Source: Acutalibacteraceae bacterium (lineage in GTDB: Bacteria > Bacillota > Clostridia > Oscillospirales > Acutalibacteraceae). Taken from it: 64,000 nucleotides of DNA. The notes beneath the pieces are model-generated. The model saw only the letters and a list, made by a program, of their open reading frames with translations. It had not been told where the DNA came from and did no database searches. The position numbers and the translations under genes are program-made. Positions 57,223 through 64,000 of this stretch are shown piece by piece. Every line of letters begins with the position of its first letter. The stretch's first letter is position 1. The stretch spans positions 76,557 to 140,556 of the forward strand of contig JAZNVU010000041.1 in NCBI GenBank assembly GCA_045592985.1. Reading direction: 5' to 3'.

Positions 57223-58179
57223 TTATTCCTTAATACCGGCGCTGCTCATGGATTCCATAACGTTACTCTGAGAAATCAGATAAACGAGAATCGGAGGAAT
57301 CATAAGTATGCAGGTAACAGCCATCGCACTACCGGAACGAGCAACACCGCCAGCGGTAATCTGCGACATGATGGTAGGCAAGGTTTTGAGTGTTTCGCTG
57401 AAAATTGTACCCGAGGGAACGCTTGCCCAAACATCACGGAATGTGAAGAGGGTGAGCGTCAACCACATCGGTTTAACTATTGGCATTACTATCGTCCAGA
57501 ATATTCTGAAATATCCTGCACCGTCAATCTTAGCGGCTTCAAGCAATGCATTGGGCAATGCGCCTTCCATGTACTGTTTCATAAGGAAAACACCCATGGT
57601 AGAAGCAAAATGCGGCAGAATGTAAACCCAGTATGTATCAATAATGTTGGTCCATGTGAAGATGAGGTACTGGGGAACTGCCAAAGTATATCCGTTGAAA
57701 AGAAGTGAAAACTGGATGATATAGAATATAACACCCTTGTACTTTATTTTGGATTTACAAAGCACAAACGCAGCCATAGATGCAACCATAACATAAAGGA
57801 ATGTGGTGGTGATAGTTGAGAACAAACTGTTGAATATGTAACGCGAAAGCGGAACACGCAGGTTTGAAAGCAACTCAGGAATAGCTGTGTAGTTGGCTAT
57901 TGTGGGACGATGAACGAAGAATCTCGGAGGGAAAATAAGAATTTCATCGAGAGGCTTCAAGGATGTACATATACAATATATAAGGGGCAGGATAGAAATA
58001 CAGCCTGCGGCGATTATAAAGGCAAAGTAGAAAAAGTTACCTACTTTAGAACGCGTAAAGCGTTTTGCCTGCATTTGAGAAGAACGTCTTCTCTTTGGGG
58101 CTTTCATATCGTTTACCGAGTCGCGCAAGGCTTTTGCACCACTGGGCAATATGAGAACCTCTTCCTTTTTTCTGAACAT
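57223..58179 (-). CDS. carbohydrate ABC transporter permease (MalG-like)
   Basis: 318 aa. EAA loop LLEAAKIDGAGYFRIFWTIVMP. Confidence 0.88.
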   Translation of the reverse strand: MFRKKEEVLILPSGAKALRDSVNDMKAPKRRRSSQMQAKRFTRSKVGNFFYFAFIIAAGCISILPLIYCICTSLKPLDEILIFPPRFFVHRPTIANYTAIPELLSNLRVPLSRYIFNSLFSTITTTFLYVMVASMAAFVLCKSKIKYKGVIFYIIQFSLLFNGYTLAVPQYLIFTWTNIIDTYWVYILPHFASTMGVFLMKQYMEGALPNALLEAAKIDGAGYFRIFWTIVMPIVKPMWLTLTLFTFRDVWASVPSGTIFSETLKTLPTIMSQITAGGVARSGSAMAVTCILMIPPILVYLISQSNVMESMSSAGIKE

Positions 58180-58192
58180 TTACTATCCCACC

Positions 58193-59110
58193 TCACTTTC
58201 CTGTCATATTGAGCAGTTTACCAACAACCAGTCGGAATACTACCATCATAAGGAACAAAATGACCGCAACTGCCGAAGCGTAACCTAATTCGTATCGTAC
58301 GGTACCAAGGTCCTGCATGTGCGATACTATTGTATCTGCCGCATAGCTGACACTTGGGAAACCTGCAAGTTGAATTGCGATACCGCTTATTGAGAATGCC
58401 GAAGAAATCTGCATAACCGCACTGAACAACAACATGTGTTTCATGGTAGGAAGTGTGATGTACCAGAGCTCCTGCCAACGGTTACGGATTCCGTCTATCG
58501 AACCGGCTTCGTAAAGTTCGTTGTTAACGTTCTGAAGACCGGAAATGTTGGAGAGGAAGGAAACACCCATACTAGACCAGAGCTGAACTGCTATAACGAT
58601 GGGCTTTATGTATTCTGCGGTACTGAGCCAGGTAACCGGCTCGGTAATGAGACCTAATGACAGCAATGCGCTGTTGACGTAACCGTAGCTATCGCTACTG
58701 AAGGCAACCTGCCAGATGAAAACAACGTTACCGGCAAGAGCAGGAGCATAGAACATGAACGAAAGCAAGGTACGAACGATAGGTGAAAACTCATTAATAA
58801 ACCATGCAAGAACGAATGCAAGCAAGAAACCTGCAGGTCCGCAAATGATAGCGAAGAGAAGTGTGTTCTTGAAAACTACGGGGAAAACGTCGTCTTCAAC
58901 AAACATTCTGAGGTAGTTACCAAGTCCCGCAAAGGATGGTGCATTAATCATATCATAGTTAGTAAAACTAAGTGCGATTGATGCAAGAATCGGCAATACA
59001 AGGAACAGGAAGAAGAACAGGAAGAAGGGGGCTAACATTATGTATGAAGGAAGGTTTTCTTCCCATATGGCTCTTCTTTTTATCTTTTTGAAATCAACTT
59101 GTTTTTCCAT
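58193..59110 (-). CDS. sugar ABC transporter permease (MalF-like)
   Basis: 305 aa. EAA loop LYEAGSIDGIRNRWQELWYITLP. Confidence 0.88.
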   Translation of the reverse strand: MEKQVDFKKIKRRAIWEENLPSYIMLAPFFLFFFLFLVLPILASIALSFTNYDMINAPSFAGLGNYLRMFVEDDVFPVVFKNTLLFAIICGPAGFLLAFVLAWFINEFSPIVRTLLSFMFYAPALAGNVVFIWQVAFSSDSYGYVNSALLSLGLITEPVTWLSTAEYIKPIVIAVQLWSSMGVSFLSNISGLQNVNNELYEAGSIDGIRNRWQELWYITLPTMKHMLLFSAVMQISSAFSISGIAIQLAGFPSVSYAADTIVSHMQDLGTVRYELGYASAVAVILFLMMVVFRLVVGKLLNMTGK

Positions 59111-59131
59111 AAGTAATACCCTCCTTCTCTA

Positions 59132-62100
59132 TTATTTGGCATACTCGGCGATTTTGCGGAGAATCTCGTTATCCGCTATCTCGCCCCATTTGAGCATTGC
59201 GTCTTTTTCATTGTCTTCGCCGTTAATAACTGCCCAGTAAGCCTGGTCAACAGCACGTGATACGTAGTAACCGCCGGGAACCTCAGGAAGTTCCTCTACC
59301 CAAGACCACTGCTCAAGAAGAATGTCGAGGTCATCAGCATTCCACGAGTAGGATTCAAAGGCCTGCTTATTAGCGGTAGCGGTACGCGAAACGGTACCGA
59401 GAATAGATTCAACGTTATTGTTGTATCTGAGCTGAGTTTCAGCGCTGGTCCACCAGCAGAGGAACTGCCATGCTGCATCCTTGTTTTCGGAAGGAGCAAC
59501 AACGCTACATCCGGTACCCGAACCACCGATGGAACGGTTGATGGAAGCAATTGTTCCATCCTCATTATAGGTTGGAATGCCGGGGATGGGAGCTATTGTC
59601 CAACGTCCCTGAATTTCGGGAGCTGCCTGATTAAGCTGAGTGTAAACAGTGTAAGCCGAAACACCGAGAGGCATTACGCCGGTACGGAAACGGTTGTAGA
59701 AGTCGGCCTGCTTTTCAATGCCGTACTTAGTGTACATATCGGTCCACTGAGTAAATGCAGCGATTGCCTCGCTCGAAGTCATGGTGGTCATGTTGCGGTC
59801 CTCATTGTAAAGGGGTACCTGATTCTGAGTGAGGAATGTCGGGAAAAGGTTAAGGCTACCCATACCTGCGTTGACCGAAACGGTCGATGCTATCTTGGTA
59901 TAAGGAATGTACGCCTTCATATTGTTTCTCTGGAGGATTGTGGCAGCCTCAAGGTAGTTGTCCCAAGTCCAGCCCAAGCCACCGTTGGCTTGTTTAGGAT
60001 CTGCAATACCGAGGTCGTTAAACACGTCGGTACGGTAATACATTATATAGAAGCTCTGCGTATCGGGCAGTGCGAACAAATGCTCACCGTCAGCATCGGT
60101 ATACCAATAAGGAACATCGGCAGATGCCTGGAAACGTTCAAGAACAGTCTCGTAGTCGAGCATATAGTTCTCACCGTCATCAACGGTTGAGTACTTATCA
60201 CCTTTGAAGTTGGTCAGGTCATAAAGTGCGCCACGCATACCAAGGTTAACAGGGTCAGTACGTGACAAGTGGAGTGAAAGGTCGGGGAAGTTGCCCGCAA
60301 GAATACCCTTAATAAGCGATGCGTCAACTATTTCAAGTTCAACACTGATACCGGTCTCGACGCTGAATGATTCCTGAATAAGGTTACTAAGCACCTGACA
60401 CTGGTCACGTCCCCAGTTAACCCAGATTCTTACTTTGCCCTGGTCGCCTACCTCAGCGGCACCGCCAATGGTGCTGAAGTTATCGCTGAACGAGAGGCAG
60501 AAACGCTGGAACTCGAACGCAAAGGTCTCGAAGAAACCTGCGTGATTATTGGTAAAGCCTTTGTCAGGAGAAGCAAACTGCATCTGGTCGACACTTAAAG
60601 GCATTGTCTTCATTTCATAAAGCCAAGAACAAACGGTGGTGTAGTTAGAGTAAAAGTCGGACAGGTAGTTCTGTGCGGTGTACGGATTATCGTACATACT
60701 CATAAGAACACGTGCCATATTGTTAAGAGCTGATATGTATTTGTTGCTGCGGTTACCCGAAAGAGCCTTCATGTCGTTAGCAAGCACAGTAATGTCTTCA
60801 TGAGTGCTGTAAAGGGTATCCTGAAGGTCAGCAATCTGTTTGAAAAGGTTGTAGTCACGGTTAGGGTCAGGAGAGTCGCCGGTGATCATAACGATTTCAA
60901 TGTATTTATCACCGATAGCGTCAACAATCTCGCTAAGTCTTTTATAGAACTCAGAGGTCTCACCCAAAGTGACGGTAAGAGTGAAGGTGTGCTTGCCTTC
61001 TTCGAGGTAGAAGAGGTACGGAGTATCTCCCTCACCAAATTCCCAGAAGGTCCAGCTTGTGCAGTACATGAAACTAAGCGATTCACACTCTTTAAACGGT
61101 GTTTTGCCGTCAATGGTGAGAGCACGATAAGAATAACCGTCAATAACGGCTGCCTGCTTATAGTTCATACCCAATTTATAGAGACCCGACTTAGGAACAT
61201 CGACAACCCAAGTGATTGCGTCGCCGGGAACCTGCCAGTTTGTACTACCTATATAATTAAGAATAGTTTTAACAGGGTTTTGAGGAGTGACATCAGCAGA
61301 ACTATTATCGGTCTTGGCAACGAGAGAGTTGGTCGACTTAATCCAAGCGTCCTCGCCCTCTATCTCAAGTGCTTTGCCGTCATAAACAGTCTTATCGGAA
61401 TGGGATGCAGCATACTCGCCGTAAGTAATGGCATCTTCGGGTGCTTTGAAGGTGATGCTTGCAAGTACAAAAGGCTCATATACCGATTTAACAGTAATGG
61501 TATGGGTACCTGCAGTAAGAACTACCTTATAAGGAGCAGCCTCAACACCTGATTTATCGGTAACATATGCAGTACTGAACTGATCATAGCATACCTGCTC
61601 GGGAGTGAGCTGGTTTTCGAGTGAGTCTTCACGGATATCTCCTGCAGGCTTGCTCAAAGAAGCACCATTATTGACAAAATTACGGGGCAACAAGAAAGAA
61701 TCAAGGCCTGCGTAAAGATAAGGGTCCTCTCCCTCGGGAATATCAGCTATATCAAAAATAATGCCGAGTTCTACGGGAGTTGTAGAAGTCTTATCGTCAA
61801 TAGTATCAGTAGTGCCCTTGGTTTTGACAAGAGGAAGATAGTTGAACTGAATATTATAAAATGCCGTTTCAGGCACGGTAAACTCGTAGGTTACGGTACC
61901 CTGTTGTTTATATTCATTGTTATCCTTCCACACAAGAACTTCCATGTTTTCTTTTTGATCGGCAACCTTGTCGCTCAAAACATCCATGTTCTCTTTGGAA
62001 ATAACAGTTTCGGCATCCGCATCGCATTCCTTATAGTTCGCTCCAAGGATAACAATATCCTCTTTGGCGTAAGGAATACCCTCGTTTTCCTTCAAGTACC

Positions 62101-62254
62101 TATCGTACTCATCGTAGGTCGAGATGTTGGATGAGGACGATGTCGCATCAGAAGCGCCTACGCTCTCGGCAGAGGCAGGTACTACGGCAAAAAGCGACAT
62201 AGATACGGCAGAAGCCAAAGCTGTGGCCAGCAGTCGTCTCATGACAAATTTCAT
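59132..62254 (-). CDS. giant extracellular solute-binding protein: about 590-aa CBM-like N-terminal extension fused to a CUT1-type SBP domain
   Basis: About 1040 aa. The start is placed at ATG 62254 (MKFVMRRLL) after a GAAGGTGAAG RBS. Sec signal VVPASA/ES with no lipobox Cys. Beta-sandwich-like modules (YEFTVPETAFYNIQFNYLPL, WVVDVPKSGLYKLGMNYKQ). C-terminal SBP (KVRIWVNWGRDQCQVL...). Confidence 0.8.
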   Translation of the reverse strand: MKFVMRRLLATALASAVSMSLFAVVPASAESVGASDATSSSSNISTYDEYDRYLKENEGIPYAKEDIVILGANYKECDADAETVISKENMDVLSDKVADQKENMEVLVWKDNNEYKQQGTVTYEFTVPETAFYNIQFNYLPLVKTKGTTDTIDDKTSTTPVELGIIFDIADIPEGEDPYLYAGLDSFLLPRNFVNNGASLSKPAGDIREDSLENQLTPEQVCYDQFSTAYVTDKSGVEAAPYKVVLTAGTHTITVKSVYEPFVLASITFKAPEDAITYGEYAASHSDKTVYDGKALEIEGEDAWIKSTNSLVAKTDNSSADVTPQNPVKTILNYIGSTNWQVPGDAITWVVDVPKSGLYKLGMNYKQAAVIDGYSYRALTIDGKTPFKECESLSFMYCTSWTFWEFGEGDTPYLFYLEEGKHTFTLTVTLGETSEFYKRLSEIVDAIGDKYIEIVMITGDSPDPNRDYNLFKQIADLQDTLYSTHEDITVLANDMKALSGNRSNKYISALNNMARVLMSMYDNPYTAQNYLSDFYSNYTTVCSWLYEMKTMPLSVDQMQFASPDKGFTNNHAGFFETFAFEFQRFCLSFSDNFSTIGGAAEVGDQGKVRIWVNWGRDQCQVLSNLIQESFSVETGISVELEIVDASLIKGILAGNFPDLSLHLSRTDPVNLGMRGALYDLTNFKGDKYSTVDDGENYMLDYETVLERFQASADVPYWYTDADGEHLFALPDTQSFYIMYYRTDVFNDLGIADPKQANGGLGWTWDNYLEAATILQRNNMKAYIPYTKIASTVSVNAGMGSLNLFPTFLTQNQVPLYNEDRNMTTMTSSEAIAAFTQWTDMYTKYGIEKQADFYNRFRTGVMPLGVSAYTVYTQLNQAAPEIQGRWTIAPIPGIPTYNEDGTIASINRSIGGSGTGCSVVAPSENKDAAWQFLCWWTSAETQLRYNNNVESILGTVSRTATANKQAFESYSWNADDLDILLEQWSWVEELPEVPGGYYVSRAVDQAYWAVINGEDNEKDAMLKWGEIADNEILRKIAEYAK

Positions 62255-62398
62255 TTCTTCACCTTCAAAAAAATATTCCGCGGTCTTTATCCCCGACCAC
62301 AAAGGGTGCTGATTAAAGTCGCTACTCATGGTCGACGAAAAGACCTCAAGCGGTCAGAAGTCGTCAACACACCCAGTTTGCATACTTCACTACCATGT

Positions 62399-62427
62399 AT
62401 TATCTAATAAAATCAAGATTTTGTCAA
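62399..62427 (-). promoter_or_regulatory. candidate main promoter of the 62254-50643 operon
   Basis: Minus strand shows TTGACA, 17 nt, GATAAT. A second TTGACA lies 13 nt upstream. The leader is about 135 nt. Confidence 0.55.
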
Positions 62428-62700
62428 CACAAATTTGTCAAAAATTCACTAAAATAAGCAAATTTTTTTAATTTTTTATACTAAGAATTGCTCTTAATGA
62501 CAGTATTATGCCTTTTTTCGGGTAATTGCGACTGGCAAATTGCACAAAATCACAGCTTACACACTAAACCTTTTGATCCTGCAAACCCACAAATTTACCC
62601 TTTTTAAAATTTATGCGGGTTGTCCCCTCGGTATTCTGACGTTGTAACATCAGCCACGCCTTTGAGTTATTTGTATATTTTTCCAACAAAATCATATGTA

Positions 62701-62770
62701 ACATTACACAGAACTTGATTCGGAACAATTTGTGTAATGTATTTTTTGTGTAATTTTTGTGCATTTGTCA
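62701..62770. promoter_or_regulatory. operator-like repeats in the divergent control region
   Basis: A perfect 10-bp inverted repeat ACATTACACA (62701-62710) / TGTGTAATGT (62731-62740). Direct TTGTGTAAT copies lie at 62729-62737 and 62746-62754. The TTGTCAA motif recurs at 62421, 62435 and 62765. Confidence 0.4.
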
Positions 62771-62892
62771 ATCTGCTCAAGTCTAAGCGGTGTTTTTCTA
62801 CATATAAAAAGCGATTTTGGGGTTGATTCCCCACTACGGTTGGTTCATATTAAGGTTAGAAACACCAAGGTTTACCGAAAGGAATGAAACAT

Positions 62893-64000
62893 ATGTCAAA
62901 ATTCACATTTTCAAAATCAAATCTCTCAAAGTATGTAATAACATATCCTCGTTACAATATGTCGTACCTTGTAACTTTGGAATTGCAAAAACTACAGAAA
63001 GCCGCCGAAAAAATAACCGGTAAAACCATGAAAATGGTTGCCGACAACAAAAAAGAGCACAGTTATGAAATAGTTGTTGCAGGAGCACAACGCGATGGCT
63101 CCCCTATTGTTACAGATTACGACGCATATGCTATTGTGCCCGCCGGCAACAAGTTGTTTGTTTTAGGTGGACGTCCCTATTCTTCTGCCGCGGCAGTCCG
63201 AAAACTCATTAAACTGCTCAAAAAGGGTGCTCCTATAAAAGAGGCTATCATCGGAAGTTATGAAAAAGACGCGGCTAATGACAAAAAGGACTACAAACTC
63301 ACCTGGGGCGATGATTTTGATGGTGAAAAAATAGACGAAACCAAGTGGGATATATTTTATGGCAAGCGCCTTTGCTATGCAAACGGTGTAAACGGCAAAG
63401 AAACCATGCGTTGCCGCGAAGATAAACCCAATACATTTGTTAAAGACGGCAATCTTTACATCTGTGCTGACCAAGATGAAAATCATTATTACGGCGGCAT
63501 GCTTTGTACCGACGGCATAATGAGATACAAATACGGTTATATTGAGATAAGCACCATTCATCCGAGAGGTCTTGGGTTCTGGACAGCACTTTGGATGAAC
63601 TCGGCAGCCGGTCCTAAAGGTGACTACTTCACCGAAATTGATGTAGAAGAGTGTTACGGTAACGGCGGCGACTGGGCATATGGCAACACCTTTGCATGGC
63701 CCACCAAAAAATGCAAAGAAGAGTCTAACGGCAAACTTATTCACGTCAACAATAAAGTTAGTGCCCGTGACGAACGCGGTTTCTGGCAGGATTTCCACAC
63801 ATTTGGCTACGAATGGGACGAAAACAAAGTCACATTCACCTGTGACGGTTTTCCATACGTTACGCAAGACATATCCCGTCACCCTGCCGAGGTTGACGCA
63901 CTTTGCATGCCTGTTTTCTTAAGGCTTAGTATGGCTTGCGGCTTCCAGAGTCGCGGCGGCATTACCGACGACCCTTGGGAGTGGGAAAACACCAACAAAT
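62893..64000 (+). CDS. GH16 family glycoside hydrolase with an about 120-aa N-terminal extra domain, no signal peptide (partial; continues beyond window end)
   Basis: Not in the ORF track because it has no stop in the window. My translation from ATG 62893 gives MSKFTFSKSNLSKYVITYPRY...KLTWGDDFDGEKIDETKW...GFWTALWMNS...YFTEIDVEECYG...FGYEWDENKVTFTCDG. The GH16 catalytic motif EIDVEE is present. Confidence 0.8.
   Translation, partial: MSKFTFSKSNLSKYVITYPRYNMSYLVTLELQKLQKAAEKITGKTMKMVADNKKEHSYEIVVAGAQRDGSPIVTDYDAYAIVPAGNKLFVLGGRPYSSAAAVRKLIKLLKKGAPIKEAIIGSYEKDAANDKKDYKLTWGDDFDGEKIDETKWDIFYGKRLCYANGVNGKETMRCREDKPNTFVKDGNLYICADQDENHYYGGMLCTDGIMRYKYGYIEISTIHPRGLGFWTALWMNSAAGPKGDYFTEIDVEECYGNGGDWAYGNTFAWPTKKCKEESNGKLIHVNNKVSARDERGFWQDFHTFGYEWDENKVTFTCDGFPYVTQDISRHPAEVDALCMPVFLRLSMACGFQSRGGITDDPWEWENTNK

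Noticed and set aside
62564-62764. A 66-aa minus-strand ORF in the divergent control region.
   Set aside because: It has no RBS, it overlaps the inverted and direct repeat operators, and its sequence is low-complexity. It is probably non-coding.
63163-63882. A 239-aa minus-strand ORF, the only long ORF listed at the right end of the window.
   Set aside because: The plus strand here encodes a GH16 enzyme with an intact EIDVEE motif that runs off the window and is therefore absent from the track. The minus-strand ORF is its antisense shadow.
1-64000. A scan for tRNA, rRNA, transposase or integrase genes, toxin-antitoxin pairs and phage-defence genes.
   Set aside because: None was recognisable by eye in any intergenic gap or ORF translation. 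A covariance-model or HMM scan would be needed to exclude small RNAs formally.

Overview
The window looks like a chromosomal segment from a spore-forming Clostridia-type Firmicute. That assignment is inferred from gene content and synteny only, since no similarity search was possible. Roughly 55 protein-coding genes are supported, and I saw no rRNA, tRNA, CRISPR array or obvious mobile element. From left to right: (1) A conserved housekeeping block on the minus strand, polC (partial, missing from the ORF track), ispG, rseP, dxr, cdsA, uppS, frr and pyrH. (2) A complete nine-gene V-type ATPase operon in the Enterococcus hirae ntpFIKECGABD order, with a Na+-type proteolipid signature. (3) An alpha/beta hydrolase, a membrane-anchored MurF-like ligase, ddl and a CDF exporter, followed by GTP-dependent PEP carboxykinase. 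(4) A hairpin-dense 460-bp convergent intergenic region. (5) A carbohydrate-related accessory patch with an (alpha/alpha)6-like protein, an Eis-like GNAT, an AraC regulator and two GH16 genes without signal peptides. (6) rsmG, an orphan parB/noc, a YaaH-like spore hydrolase, a cmk and ispH-rpsA fusion pair, and a YhiN-like flavoprotein. (7) A five-gene operon (LbH acetyltransferase-like, NUDIX, RING-like zinc-finger/DUF2628 membrane protein, lexA, rnhA) whose promoter carries a LexA box. (8) queT behind a preQ1-like leader. (9) The most interesting part, at 45.7-62.4 kb: a co-directional nine-gene locus with no ATPase and no regulator. It encodes two CUT1-type ABC permease pairs, a 1040-aa CBM-extended binding protein, an NHL-TPR-Yip1 membrane protein, a 763-aa orphan lipoprotein, a second binding protein and a 1046-aa InlB-B-repeat surface protein. 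A third GH16 without a signal peptide runs off the window end next to it. I propose this locus as a candidate uncharacterised glycan capture and import system. All family assignments rest on motifs I recognised by eye and need HMM or structure confirmation.
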